DNA of 62,428 nt, filler included, from Choristocarpus tenellus KU-1152 (Eukaryota > Protista > Phaeophyceae): the NCBI GenBank assembly GCA_964200185.2. It is 10 parts of 10 records of this genome, joined end to end, with 100 filler letters (N's around TTAATTAATTAA, not from the genome) between each part and the next. Parts side by side here need not be neighbours in the genome. Positions count along the whole stretch, not along the records: positions 36,081 to 40,038 come from CAXNAD020016932.1; positions 40,139 to 52,400 come from CAXNAD020001903.1; 8 more parts are not named here. One strand, 5' to 3'. Below, piece by piece: positions 38,330 to 52,205 of the stretch; the stretch's first letter is position 1, and each line of letters opens with the position of its first letter. A program made the translations under genes and the position numbers. The notes beneath the pieces are model-generated. The model was not told the DNA's origin. It searched no databases and saw nothing but the letters and a program-made list of their open reading frames with translations.

Positions 38330-39963
38330 CTTCTGCGGTCCGTTATACCTCTATACTTATCCCTTTTGTTGTGGTGACACTGGATGCGCTAGTATCTACA
38401 TCGTATGTTACATATGGAGGCAGATAATGATCGATGAAGTGACGACTATATTCAATCTTCCAGTTTCTCCATAGATCAATTGTTGATCCAACTCTGATTA
38501 TTATGGAGATAGAACTGGCTTTATATTATGAAGGCAATGAAACGTCTACAATATGTGAGAGGGTAGAATAATATGCATAGTAAAATAATTCAAAGGGAGG
38601 TGGGGTCAATTCACTCTGAAACCACCATCATAAATGGAGGTATCGTGTAGCACTACTGGCCTTTACTTGTACCCATTGCCACAGAGGGGATAGGCGAGTA
38701 TCCCTCAGTGATATTTGAATCGATATGCAGTTTGTACGGTCAGTGACCAAAATCCCTTCGTTCCCAGTGCAAGAAGTCTCGTTGTGATCGGTCGATAACC
38801 TGCCAGAAAGTGATGTATTGACAACGGCCTTTACAAAAACTTATCTTGCAACCTACTCCCTGCCTCTCAAAAAGAACAGCGTGGGATTGACCTTCAAGAT
38901 CTATGTGAGCGTATGCGGCTGAGGACTTTCCCTTATCAAACCTTAGTTGTCTGGAAAATGTTGGGGGTGGGAGGCTGGGGATGTAAGAGACCGAGGTGGG
39001 AGTGTGACACGCACTCCACTTGTGTATGGCTATGTTCATAACTATGCCTCAAGTTAACGTTTGGCAAAGATGAGGTTCCTCCTCTTCTGGGTGTCGCTTG
39101 CAACAACACCTTCTTGTGTGTTTGTTTGATTCCTTTATAATTTGTCAACAGAGTTACACCCTGTCTCAAGAGCTAGAGGTACTCAGATATCCGTTTTGAT
39201 GGTGCTGTTGGCCAATAATCCTGTTATTTAATGCTCCTGTGTCTCACTTGCTGAGTATCTATGGTCAGGCTGGTACTGTAGAGCGCGATGATGTAAATGA
39301 GTCATTGGGGAGGGCGCACCCAAGGAGAAAGAGGAAGGGAACCTCCGCCAGTTAGTACCTGCTGTGCTCCAGCAGTCCCAGGAAGAAAGAAAATAAAAGA
39401 AATATACATGTGTAGCTCTGAGGTCTTTGCACAACGTTAGCGTTGACAGCAGCCCCTGTTCAGGAATCTGAAAATAATTTCAGAGGCATCACAGGTCAGG
39501 GTTCGATCAGAAAATCATATTATTGGCCAACCATCTCCTAAACAATTGTTCAGAGAAAATGTTGGACTAGAGATACAGAATTGAAGTGTCTGAGGGGTCT
39601 GAAGGTCCTTGTTGCTGGCATCGAAAACTGCACGTTTTGCGATGGCTAATAGTATCTCATAGAATGAAACTAGAAGTTGGGAATGGTTAGCCTCATCCCT
39701 GTGGCACTGGAGTTCATCTCTAATCTCCAAGGGGTCACAAGAACATCATATGCCAACACAAAACCAGTGATTAAAGTGGGCTTGAATTGGTGAAGGTTGA
39801 AGTTGAAGGATGGGTGTTGCGGGTTTGAATCAGAAACTTCTGTTGAGTCCTACACATAAACCTAAGGAACAGACCTCTTTGCAGCACCTGTATTGCGAAG
39901 TAAATTATTTGGTTTACAGGGTTGAATATGTGGGATTTCAGGTTTCAAGTTTCTAGTTAGACA

Positions 39964-40038
39964 GAGTCAAAGTATCTTAGAGGGTAGAGCCGCGTCCATT
40001 TGGGGAGCAAAATACAATGTTGCGATTTTGGTGTAATT
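39964..40038 (+). mobile_element. MITE family A left end, cut by contig end
   Basis: GAGTCAAAGTATCTTAGAGGGTAGAGCCGCGTCCATTTGGGG. Confidence 0.85.
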
Positions 40039-40138
40039 NNNNNNNNNNNNNNNNNNNNNNNNNNNNNNNNNNNNNNNNNNNNTTAATTAATTAANNNNNN
40101 NNNNNNNNNNNNNNNNNNNNNNNNNNNNNNNNNNNNNN

Positions 40139-40197
40139 CAACATTGTATTTTGATCCCCAAATGGACGCGGCTCTACCCTCTAAGATAGTTTCACTC
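40139..40197 (-). mobile_element. MITE family A left end in reverse orientation, cut by contig start
   Basis: CCCCAAATGGACGCGGCTCTACCCTCTAAGATAGTTTCACTC. Confidence 0.85.
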
Positions 40198-41987
40198 AGA
40201 TGTACCTGTTAGACGCTCACATGGCATCTCTCCTCCGAGGTATTTGTTTGTCATGCCTCCAGTTTTGAAGGCAACGTCCGCGATGGCAAATAACCAGTAC
40301 TCGTCGCCCAGCCCACCTTTGCCAGTTGACTCCTTGCTGCCCCCCATGAGTTGCTTTATTACCCTATTGGGATCCCATTGCTCTGTGGTGTTCTCGGTGG
40401 ATATTTCCTCCATCGGGTACCGTTGTTGGCCAGCATCCTTTGGAACTTCACCAATCTCCTAAGCACACCAGCACCATCTCCACTGATGCACTGGACTTGT
40501 ATACCTTCCCTGGCCATCTGGTCGATATAGGCAGCGTTTGCATCTGTCGCTGCATTTTTGGTTTTCAATCCATAAACCCTCTTGTCTCTGCTGCTCTCAT
40601 CAATAAACACCTGGAAATATTTATGACCAGTGATGTCTGCTTGAAAAGGTCCCGCCAAATCCGTGTGGACAACCTCGCTGGGCTGCTTGAGGGTCCTGCC
40701 ACCCTGTTGATGGCTTCGATTCTTGTTCCATGGTGATTATGGTTCTAGTTATATTTTAGACTTTTGTAGGTTTATCTTGGGTGAATTCTTGGAGGTCCTT
40801 AGATAACTTTCTTTTGTTCCCGAATCCCATAGAACATCCTTCAGAATCACTCTTGTTGGTTTGCCGTCCTTGTCCGTCACCATTAGAACCATATCCACGG
40901 TTTCCTTCGCTTCCAATTTCCCATTGTTGCCTAAGGTGTGTGTCTGTTTTGGTGCCCCGAGTGCTTATGAGATCTTCACGATCAGGTGTAAGATGTACGT
41001 TTGCTCTTCCACTAGAGGAGTTGAACACCGCACTTTTGTTAACCTTCTTGTCTGCTGTCACCTTGAAAGTGGAGAAGGAGCACGCTTGGTTCCCGTCGAC
41101 TCTATTGCTGCTCCCACCAGGTGGAGGTGGCGGAAATGTTCTCGCAGGTGCCATCCCAGGCGGTTGTTGCAGGTGACTCTCCATTCAAATATGAATGACA
41201 GTTCCACCATTGATGATTCATCTTCAAGCAGTATGCATATTGATATGGTTTGGGGCCGCTTCCAGCTGATCCCCTGGTTTTCCGACGAGCATGGCCGTCC
41301 CTTACATTGCCATGCATTGTCAATACCCCATCAAGCTCATCTTGGCCTGAGTGAAGGTAAGGTGTCGAAGAAATGATTGCCCGTTTGAGCTCCTCATAGC
41401 TAATGTCCGGGCATGTTATTAATTGCCCGAACACATGTGGCATGGCTTCCTTGATCCCAAGCAGTATAGATGCCCTCTTCATGTTTTCCGATTTTGGCTT
41501 CTTGAGCTCCTCGAATTCTGCAAATAGTTGCTCTAGTTTAATGATGAAATCGGTACTGTCCTGAGACGTCGCGCACCGTAGTTCTCGGAGTTTCGCCTCC
41601 AAAGTGATGACCTGCACAGGGATCTCGTCCTCCACACGTCCTTCGTAGACTCTTTCTAGTTCCAACCATGCCCCTCTGCCGTCTGGTTTACCCCCGTTTT
41701 CGTAATGTGCAACGATTGCAGATGCTGATCCCTTTGTCACTTGAATAAGCAGGAACCATAATGCCTTGTTATTCTTCATATACGTGGCATATGCTGTTCG
41801 CACTGCCTCTCCTGAGATGGCGGTGGGTGTTTCAGGAATCTCATAGTCCCTCGTTGTAATCTCGTACAAACCCTTTCCACCAGCGTGACCTATGAATGAC
41901 AGTCTCCAAGGGACCAGGTTTCCAATGACCTTCCTGTGGCCTCCGTCCAGACAGCAAGTTTCTTCAGGTCGGTCTCCATACTACTAA

Positions 41988-41998
41988 GGCTCATAACC
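41988..41998 (-). promoter_or_regulatory. Copia primer-binding site (internal tRNA-iMet type)
   Basis: GGTTATGAGCC lies directly after the LTR-terminal CA on the minus strand, 8 nt upstream of the gag ATG (41979). Confidence 0.8.
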
Positions 41999-42311
41999 TG
42001 TGCAATTTACCTTGGGAGGTAATGCTATTTATCAGTAGTGAAGACAAGAAGGTGTGAAGCCCCATACGATCCCCTTTGTTGAACGTGGAAAGAATGGATG
42101 GAATTAGAAGAGTGACCTTTGTGGGGTATCTTCCTATTTCCTTTTATTATTATTTTGTGCTTCCTACATAAGTGAACGGCCATGTCAAAGTAGTTGAATG
42201 CAGAATAAAAACCCATACATATTCCCATTCATAATCCGGATGTGCTATATCATTACTTACATCTCTCATACACAAAATGAGGTACACCTCACTATTGTGC
42301 TATTTTGCACA
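41999..42311 (-). repeat. 5' LTR (313 bp)
   Basis: Inverted termini TGTGCAA...TTGCACA, adjacent to the PBS. Confidence 0.82.
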
Positions 42312-42666
42312 GGACCCACCAAACGACATTGATAGCTCGTCGAAAGACAGTGACAGCTCATCTAGGGACAGCGAAAAACCATCAACATATTGTGACGACT
42401 TATTGAATGGCAGCAATGAAGACGAGGTCAGAGTATATGGTGAAGAAAGAGGATTCAGAAGGGCAAGAAGAGCAGAAGATATGTAAGGGACTTGTACAAC
42501 TTTGAAAGTGTGTCATCCAATGACAACTACTCTAGCCACAGGAACACCTCAAGGAAAAGTGTCAAGGACTCCTTGAGCGAAGGCGATGATGAATGGGTAC
42601 AGGAAATGGCCAGAACCTCTCGAAAGTCCTTGCTTGAAAGAAGTTGACAAAGTCTCCATAAATCGA

Positions 42667-43415
42667 TGTCAAGGATTCAAGTGTGGAAGAGAAGAGAGAT
42701 ATGAGTAGGTTACGGTTGAAAGAGCGAGAGAGGTTGACGGGTTTGAGAAGGGGAACCGAAGGGCCTGGAGGAGGTCAATCCTTACTGTCAATCTCCTCCC
42801 CAAGGTGGAAATACAAGACGCTCAGTGGGACACAGGAGCAGGGAAGTTATAGAGATTAAAGGGAGGAGTGGATGCAACAACGACTGGGATGCAAACGTTT
42901 CGTGGGTTCTTCAGGAATCGCCAAAGCTCTTCCAGTCAAGAGAAAATAAAGGTTGAACACGGAAAGGTGGATACCTCGTCAAGTATAGAGTAAAAAAACA
43001 CTTCAATGGGGAAGGAAAGAGGGAGAGAGAGAAGTCTTTTGCAAGGAGGGAGCAACATGCTACGACTCCTGCAAAAGAGGACTAGGCAATTTCGGGGTGT
43101 AGAGGAGGGAAATGAGCGGGAGAGGACTTCTGCAATTGGAGAAAGATGTTTCTGAAGAGTAATGTTTTACTTGTATTGATTTAATCTTTTCTCAGTTGGA
43201 CAAGATTTAGATAATAAAAGGAAGGATAAAGGAGGAGTGGGCCTTCTAGCCGAAGAGGGGGTGGCCTTGTCAAAAAATCAATCCTGTTGTGTGGATCACT
43301 CATCGCTCATCACAGAATACTTGCTACATTGTTCTTCAGAATGCACACTTCTTCTCTTTCATAAACTTCTTACCTTATCTACTTTAAGACAAGAACTGGA
43401 AGCATATTCTTGACA
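42667..43415. repeat. Probable solo or partial LTR related to the 8281-8628 LTR
   Basis: TGTCAAG...CTTGACA termini. 43215-43330 resembles 8365-8480 (AAAGGA.GAGTG, GGCCTTG, AAATCAAT, ATCACAGA.TACTT). No TSD found and the left boundary is uncertain. Confidence 0.5.
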
Positions 43416-44411
43416 TACAGACCGCAATCACGTTTCCTTGCATCAACTAGTGATCTCTTTCATGGTATTTTTTCGCGCAGTCCAGTACAATACATCATTA
43501 CACAAGTTTCTTCACACAATTGCACTCGAGTACAGCCCCAAATATGTGAAGTTAGATCCAGCTTCTCCTCACGGACCACAGTCCTAGTAACAATCGTAAA
43601 AAGGAAAGGAAAGCAGTATTGTGGAAAAGGGTGGAGGGGGGATGTTGATGTCAAGATTCATAAAAGATTAGAAGGGTTAGGGTAAGGAAAGTTACAAAGG
43701 TAGATGCATTCTATAAAGTCAACAAGTACGACATGCATGCTATATAGTTGATGTGTCTCTTGCTATTTTGTTTCACACATCACCCGTTCAATCGAAAGAC
43801 AGTCAGTCAACTGAAGGGTATCCATGTAACAATACAAACCATGTAGATGAGCAGAATTAGAGGACAACACAATGACTGACACACAACGGAGGTGCAAAGT
43901 ATACACAAAATGGTACCCTTCTCCACATCCCTCAAGTCAATCATCACCTAAGACCCTTAAACCATGAATTCAACACGAACATGCAACTGTAAACCTTTAG
44001 CATGTGATGTTTGTCGTGTAGAAACCGTTACAGTGGCGCAATCAACCTACAAGGTAAATGGATCAATCATTTGCTGTGACACTTGGCAAGCGCTAATTTA
44101 TACTGGACCATGTAGTTCGGAATTTGTAAGATAAGAACCAGCTTTCTGTCTGATCTTTCGCTATGTAACTCTGTATATTGCGCTTATCCTAAGATTGCAT
44201 TTTGTTGCTGATACACCACCTTGCACAGGAAGAAAACGAAGAAATATATACATACATAGCTTGCAGACGTTTTCCAGCATATTTTGCTGTACACCTTCAC
44301 CTCTTTATTATGCGGTTGCCTCATATTGCTTAAACACCACAATGCACAGACGAAAACAAACGATTGGCTGCCTCCCTTGGTCCCTTTCAGTTCTCTACTT
44401 GTAATCCAAAC

Positions 44412-45623
44412 TTGGCAGTCTGTCCCAGATGCACACGTGTCGCCCAGGCGAGGGTCATCACACATGCCATCCCTTGCATAGCTGCAAGTGTTGGTGCATG
44501 ATCCCTCCTCGACCACCATCTTGTTGTGGTTCCAGATGAGAGGTTTCAACGTGATTATCAACTATGGCCAATAAGCTTTATCCATCCCAATGACACACAC
44601 AGAGTGTGCGCGAATAACATGGAAGGAGAGAGAGTTCGAAGTTGTGGTTGGAGCCAAAGTATCTTAGAGGGTAGAGCCGCGTCCATTTGGGGGCCAAAAT
44701 CCAATGTTGCGATTTTGATGTAATTTTGACTATCGTGCTTGCTAGGAAGTGTCAACATCCTTGTTCCAGACACACCTTTTCATAACGTACATATTTTACC
44801 TACTCCGAACCATTTTGGAGTAGGAAAATTTCATAAAAAAGCCCACGGGAAGCCAACCCCCAAATGGACAAACAGAGCAAAACTCTTACCCTCTAAGATA
44901 CTTTCACTCGTTGGGGTCAGAGTAGGCAAGATGTCTCAAAACGGCATCTACCCAATTCTGAATTCTCAGAACAGCATGTCAACTACCACAAACGCAAGAC
45001 ATACCTGCGTGGGGTAATCTGTGCAGTCCGTGTCGATTTCACATGGGGTCGATCCTATGAATGACTCATCATCACTGTGGCCACTGCCATAAATAAACAA
45101 ATGTTGGGGTGTTCCAAGCGCATTAATGGTTATAGCCACCAATGTGCGAAATGATATACTTGGTACTCTGCTATTAATATTTTGAGTAAAAGATCGACAA
45201 ATAAAAAAAGTCACCATCACAGCAGTCAGTCAATAAAGAAAATCAACTCGAGCAGCAAATGGCAGTTTAAACAACAATAACCATGAACTTACAGGCTGCT
45301 GTACTCGCTTAGCTGGTGGTAGTAGTTGACGTGACTGGAAAGCTCCCACAGGCTGTTTGAGGTGCTATCCTGTGGAGCAACAAAAAATGCAGTGAGACTC
45401 ATGACATTCTTACCTTAATTCTCGCTCACCTTCATAGGTTCAATTAAGAAGGTTTTCAGTTGTTGTTTTCTCGATAACTTAAAAGTGCAAAAGTTATGTG
45501 GTTGGTGAAACTGATGGAGTAGTAGTTGAATAGTCCATTCAGTTATGATGTTTATTGCATTCTTCACAACATGATATTTTCTCTTCTCGAGTAGCTTTGT
45601 GCTTTTTATTTCTTTGCCTTACC

Positions 45624-45670
<47 letters not shown>

Positions 45671-48283
45671 CCATCATCACAATCCTTGCAAAATGTCAGG
45701 ACGCATTACAATAGTTGCAAAATGTCAGACATACGAGACTACAGTTGTTAGAAGTACCGTGTCTAGTTTTGTCTTATATTTTAAACGTCATTTATTAAGT
45801 TCCTTTTTTTATTTTGAAGATTTGTCTTGCTCCTTTCTCCCAAGATACTTTAGAGTCCCTCGTTGAACATCATGAAGTATCAATACACAAAGGTAGTCCC
45901 TGCAGGTTCTGGGACCATCAAGTCATGTGCTGCAAGTGACAACCATTTTCAATGGTGCTGAGATGGGTAGGGACGGAAGGGACAGGTGGAATGACCGAAC
46001 TCAAGATCCGAGAAAAAATGAAGGCGCACATGCAAGAGTGCAATTAGTTGCAATTCGAACTACTGCAACAGATACTTCGTAGGGTACAAGAAATAGTGTA
46101 GTTTGCATGGTCATCTGACTATTATGGTTTGAAGGGGTTAGTTGGAGTGGAGGCGGTTGAGAAATTGCAAGTAAAAGTGAGCAAATTATAATAACAATAT
46201 ATTCTCCGACATGTCAGGTATCCATAAATAATCATTACAGAGGTTTACCATGCAATCCGTAGTACTTCCAAAGATACCCTACTTATATTTGCAGTTAGTA
46301 TGAGATGAATAATTCGATTTTTTATGTTTGGGATTAGGGTTAGAATAATTAGTTATGTATGAGAGGGGGTACACCAATTAGGTCAATCACCTGCGTACCT
46401 TGTTAAACTCCAAAATAAATCTGTAGTACTTTCAAGTCTTGTGTGTTGCATTATAGACGGTGCCAAAGAAGTGTGACCAGAGTCGCAGGAGCATGAAACT
46501 GCTATAATAATATACTGTAGGTAGACGAGTTAATGACAAAAAATGTACATGTTCTCAAATATTTTTTCTCATTTCAAGTGATGATCGTCAACTATGGCAT
46601 CACATCTTAGCATCACTGATCATGCTATAAACACCAACACCAACTGGTATAGAATAGTGCAATAAAGCCTCGCCTGCCCCATCCCTACCCCATAGACACA
46701 TCGTACTCTTGCCTAAGTTAAAACACATAATATACACAGCAAAAGTCAATCCACCCTCTCCAGTATAGGGATAGGATCCTTACCCTGGGCTCATCGCAAA
46801 TGCCATTAATAGCATAGATACAACTATCTTCACAGAATCTTGTAGGACTATCCTCCTCCACTCTGGCAACCTGGATACCGCCATCTTCTCAGACATCCAA
46901 CGCAAAAGCAGTCATTCACATAAAAATAAAAATAAAAATATGTAGAGGGAGGTGAGGGGAAGATCAGTTCAAGAGAAGGAATATTTGAGTAACAGCATTT
47001 GGGTAACAAAAACGGACCAATATCACAAAGATCGTTATGACTATAAGAAGCAATACTATCATGAACTGCTTGGGTGGGAGGAGCTGACGATACAGATGCT
47101 ATTGGGTGTTACCGACAATAACATACTCCATCTACAACAGCAACACACACACATAATGCAGCTCCAACGGTACTGAAACGTTACAAATATCAACTGCAGT
47201 GCCATAAATTCTAGTGATGCGAAGTGTTTCCATTACCTCACTCGCTAATCACCTGACATGCTTCAAGGGAGTCACGCAAATGAAACTCCTTCTCATTGAA
47301 AAACTAAATACAACCCCCGCGGCAACTTCACCTTTACCTAGCACCTATCACCCTGTAGAAGCTGTGGGGTCCCTCTCAATGCACACGCACATTGTACATG
47401 CCTAGATGTACAAAACAATGAAAACAACACGAAGCCACTCCAACCTACCTGGGAAGGTAATAACGCCTGCACCGGTGTTAATAGAAACAATTTTTATTGG
47501 AGTGTTTCCTCTAGGGGGCATACTCACCCACTCTTCATCCACAAGCCTTAGGGATAATATGTTGTCTGTCCACAGTGGCTTTGAAAGGAAGTACGTAACT
47601 AAACAAAAACAAAAGTGGGTAGGTTGGGGGAGGGAAGGGAGGGTGGGACACCATACTCACACCCTCACAGCCTGTGTGTTGCTCTAGAATCGAATATAAC
47701 AAATCGCGCCGCTTGAGATAGTGTATCTTAGACTTCTCCTAACTTTAAAAATGTCATTGAAATTGTGTCACTACCCTTATTTCATACTGTGAACTTCGAA
47801 CTGCGTACACTTTGAGTTGGAGTACAGCCTGTCAATGAAGGGTCAACAAAAAAATGTATTTACGAGAGCCAGAGACATGACTTGACACGTTGAATGATAT
47901 TCAAAAAAACAACAAATGGTCACAAAAACCACACTGTCAGCGCTTGAGGAACTCAACAAAACGCCTTCAAGAACCTAGACAACCAAACATCAGTCAAATT
48001 TAGCTACAAGCAATGAGCAAAAAAATATTAACCAAAACAAAAAAGATATGAAAAAATAAAAAGGCCCACTACCCCCTATCGTACCTGGATGTCATAGCTG
48101 GGGGGGGGATCTTATCCATCACAACGACAGGAGGTTTTGAATAGTCAAGTCGAGATACAAAGCTTGAGCCAATGACAGGGAAGCTGCTAGTAAGGGTGCG
48201 ATAGACTTTCAGTCGGTTTCAATCACAATTGGCTCATTCAGGACAACAGCCAACGCAATTCCCCGGGTACCCCCCAGAGTGAC
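44412..48283 (-). pseudogene. Multi-exon gene for a protein with two Cys-rich C-x3-C-x-YA-x-[DN]G-x-CD..PR / [GD]TDC modules; probably disrupted
   Basis: Exon-like blocks with GT-AG ends: 48283-48085 (needs frameshifts), 47578-47449 (PLWTDNILSLRL..), 46884-46784 (FCEDSCIYAINGICDEPR) and 44519-44412 (CTNTCSYARDGMCDDPRLGDTCASGTDCQ). A further block at ~45100-45005 (PCEIDTDCTD) has unresolved boundaries. Confidence 0.55.
44651..44909 (+). mobile_element. MITE family A copy (259 bp) in an intron of the Cys-rich gene
   Basis: GAGCCAAAGTATCTTAGAGGGTA...TACCCTCTAAGATACTTTCACTC with 4-bp TSD GTTG/GTTG. Confidence 0.94.
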
Positions 48284-49970
48284 CTGTGCACAAAAAAATG
48301 AAACGAATATAGGAGGAAATGTGTCACTTTAGCAGTACAAAAATTGCATCAATAGTATAATAGACCAGAGAACAGGCAATGAATGGATCCAGGAGAGTAA
48401 ATGCGACGAAATATTTTATCAGGACCCTATACGGAGTTGAACTTTCACTGTTCGGCCAATTACTGACCTTGAAGGTTTGTCCAATTGCATCTAAGGGTAG
48501 AAATGGTTTTGACATATGTTGACACGATCACAGCAACCATCGCTGTCTATTTCATACGAAAAGATAGCTCCAGAGGGAATTTCGACGGTAGAGTTCGGTA
48601 TTGCAAAAACAGAAACATATACAAGAAAACAACAGTAGTAGTACAGTTAGTTCTGATTCACGGTACGTTATGGTCTACGGTTGGAGTTCTGATCTGGACA
48701 GTACAGTCATGACCGTACTTATTTTCCCTGTGGTCTACAAGAATGGCAGCATGGTCCTTCAGCAGTTGTGTACAGCAATGATGGGGATCCTAAGCCGTTC
48801 AAGGCGAAGGAGTTGGTGATGAAACATATTTTGAACTCTTTAATATTTCGGTCTCTCCAAATATTGAAAAAAAAAGATTGTATATTCCGTATTTGATGCA
48901 TGAACCATCTTGTTCTTAATACTCTCCTGTAGTGTTTTATTAATCGTTTATTGTACAATAGTACTAGGGGGACGACCTCATTTGCATTTTCAAGTTTTTA
49001 CAATGAGTGCATCACTGGACAGTACTTTTACAGCAAGCGCACCTCAGGCATGGTGTGGTTGTTCTGTCCACCAAGATATCTCTATGAGTCGGCAAACATG
49101 AATGAACCTGAGTGAGACTCCTCAGACCTCCTCTCCACACTGGTTAGTGTTTTCCGTAATTCCTAACGTTGAGATAGACAAGGAGATGGGATGGATGGAC
49201 AGGAAATACTTGGTTTTATAGAGAGGCTGTGGAGGGAACCTTTCTGGGGGAAATAACCAATGAACCTATATGTCGTGAGGCAGGGTCCAATCAGTCGTGG
49301 GGGGTGTTCAAAATCACCAGTCGTGACATGGTGAGGTGCTTCCAGCAAACCCAAACCTCTCTCGGTCATCAAATCTCAGGAAACGTTTTTATTATGGAGT
49401 CTCAGATTCCACGTGTGATATCACATCTTTGTGAACGTTCAACTGTAAGTGGTCTGAGGGTCCTCAAAAGGTTTCTGTGTTTGATGTTGGTGAGAACGTC
49501 ACCAATGACAAAGAAATGTGCGCGTAATACACTTGTGTTTGCGTGGGGATGTGGATTGGACTGAGATCAGCTCCCAAAGGGACCTGTCTGTCACATCACC
49601 CCCCCCCCCAGTGTGAGCTCTGTCTGCACATGAGCAAAAAAATGGCTGGCCAGCACATCATGGCAGACAGTCCCGTGGAAGAAAAGAATAATAATAATCT
49701 GGGTATCCGAAGAATGTTCAACGAGCCAATTTGGAGGAGTTCCTTGAAACGTTGTCCTCAACCGCGTTGGAACCCCAAAGTTTGGTCATAGCAAAACAAT
49801 GGTAAAAAAAGAAAAAATCACAAATCATTTTGGTATCCCATAAATGTTTAAGTAGTCAATTTGGAGGAGTTCCTTCAAAGGTTGTCCTCAATAGGGTTAG
49901 AACCTCAAAATTTTTGGTGATGGAAAACATCTTATTGTACCTTTAATTACCCAAGGTTTTTGAAGATAAC

Positions 49971-50568
49971 TGTTACAGGCGCCCCTCAGAACTCACCTCC
50001 ACAGGGTGTACAACTCAAATCAAATGACCTTAAAACGACGCTATGGGGGCGTTGCTTTTTACAACGGGTTGTAGGGTGTCAAATAGCCTTCTCTTGATAT
50101 TCCACTCATGCTTAGTAGCTCAAAGCTTGACTCAATGTTTCATTCAAAAGATTGACGCATAAGGGAGGTAGAAGTGTTACCACTTGAAGTTCTCTTATTA
50201 TTTTCATCATCCACCCAATTTCGTTGGTCTTCTATCAACTACTCTACAGGTACGCCAATCATAAGTCTCTATTCTTGAAATTCTTAGTTACTTCGACATT
50301 TTCCTCTGTAATTGTTACGTAGGTATTCCGAATCTTACTCTGCATCTTAAAATAATCACTTATTCTGTAAGGCTACCTATGTGTTACTAATATCGTATAT
50401 AGTTCGTACTTGCAAGAACTCGAGAAACAATCCTTACACTGTACGTCTGTTACAAATGTTCGTACTTCCTAAAACATGAGGAGAAAATGCTCGCGCTATT
50501 CGCGTGTAACAAATGCTCGAACTTCGTTGAAATACAAGAAGAAACGCTTGCGCTATTCGTCTGTAACA
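49971..50568 (-). repeat. Gypsy 3' LTR (598 bp)
   Basis: Perfect 8-bp inverted termini TGTTACAG...CTGTAACA. Preceded on the minus strand by GGGATGTTA. A second terminus copy is at 14426. Confidence 0.78.
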
Positions 50569-52205
50569 TAACATCCCAGGAAATTTTGTGCCAAAGTGCT
50601 TGGGTCATTGTGTTCATCAAGCTACGAGTTCGCCTTGAAAAAGGATTCAAACCTTCGTCTCTACCTCTTTTAGTGGAATCTGATGTTGTATCAGGCCGGC
50701 AAACCACTTTGTGAGTAGTAGATGTAGTCACAGGGATATCACCTTGAGGGTTCGAAGCAAGAGCATTTTGAATGTTCTCGACAACAATGGCGGCAATTGA
50801 TTGAGCTAGGTGTGTTTGTGAAGAGTGTGATGGTTCTTCAGCTGTCGTGGCAGAGGGTGGTGGAAGAGATTGAGAAGACTCTGACGTTGGTACACCTTGG
50901 TCACAGGGAGCCTTTGAAAACTTCAGCGTCAGTACACTTTGGTCAGGAGAAACATCCAGAACGTGTCATAATTTGTAAGCATTCAATCATCTCCGCACAC
51001 TGAGGAATTTCTTTTGCTTTCCGCCAGACATCACTAGCTGGAGCAAAACCTCTAAATCTAAGCCGGTATGAATAGATATGTGGGGATTTACGACCCACTC
51101 CAGGTTTGTGGTCTGCAATGCCCTCAGCAAAGTATGACCCTAAAGTTGGTTGAACGCTCAAACCTTGTTGTACATCTGGTTCAGGTATTATTCTGCCCAA
51201 AAATAAAGAATTGAGAGAGTCGATGTCTGGTTCAGGAGGGTGGCCCTCTTTGTGTGGTTTAAGTTGTACTATATGCACAGCGATTTCTCGATGGTCGGCC
51301 AGCGCCTTCACACGGTAGACTACCGGAGTTGTCATCTCTTTTACTTAATATGGTCCTCTCCATGGTGACAGTAAGTTGGGGTTAGGAGCGTCTGTTGAAG
51401 TGTGGAGTTTGTGTAGCCACACCTTAGCACCAACTCCATAAATAGGATTGATGTGTTCAGTGGCCTTGGACTCGTTGTGCAAAGCCATCCCACCAATATT
51501 CTGTCTAACCAGTTCATTTACGAGTTGTAAAACATCCACTGTTTGTTTATTGTACTCTTGGGTAGAAATAGGCATAACCTCTGGTTCTCCCAAAATGATA
51601 TCGATTGGTAATGTGGGACGTCTCCCAAACATAAAATAAAATGGGCTTTCTAGTACAGTGGTAGTGTAAGCGATATTGTGAGTCAATTGGACAAAAGGCA
51701 ATAATGACGCCCAATCCGATTGCTTCATATTGGAATACATAGCTAGCATGCCATGCGTTGTTTTATGAATCCTTTCAAGAATGCTACTGCCTTGAGGTCG
51801 ATACGGTGTTGTTCTTGTTTTCGTACCCATGTATCTTTTGGAGTTCCAGGATCTGAGTGTAAGGTTTCTGGGGTGCCAAAAATAGAAAACACTCGTTCTG
51901 CTGCCTCTCGTTTGTCAGGGATAGCACTGAGCAAAGCAAACCCCGTTAAATGGTCGACAGCAGACAAGACATAAGTATCTTTCTCTGATTGAGTTTTGTA
52001 CTTTATCAAATCAATTGTCACTTTCTGAAATGGGCGTGTTACTGGCACATGCCCTGGAGGGATCTGATAGGTTAGGAGGGGTTATCTTGCGGCTCTGGCA
52101 TGATTGATATTTTTCACGCTATATTCGAACATCTATATATATGTAAAGTGGGCCATCAAAAACGGTCACGAATCCGATCAGAAGTGTGCTTTAATGCAAG
52201 GTGTC

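Larger units (their letters stand above)
40198..42311 (-). mobile_element. 5' half of a degenerate Ty1/Copia element (LTR, PBS, gag, protease remnant, integrase)
   Basis: LTR 41999-42311; PBS GGTTATGAGCC; gag DGRGAWLELE and decayed zinc knuckle YCLKMNHQWWNC (41102-41979); integrase DLAGPF...FIDE...ISGDG...PRTPQSNG (40359-40670). Confidence 0.88.

Noticed and set aside
38740-39900. Short minus-strand ORFs upstream of the FNIP gene as a partner gene
   Set aside because: They are fragmented by stops, with no recognisable domain or consistent splice pattern.
39964-40197. One MITE, or a long-TIR autonomous element, spanning the gap
   Set aside because: Both pieces are the same (left) end in opposite orientation, the flanks share no TSD (GACA vs AGAT), and an artificial linker separates them.
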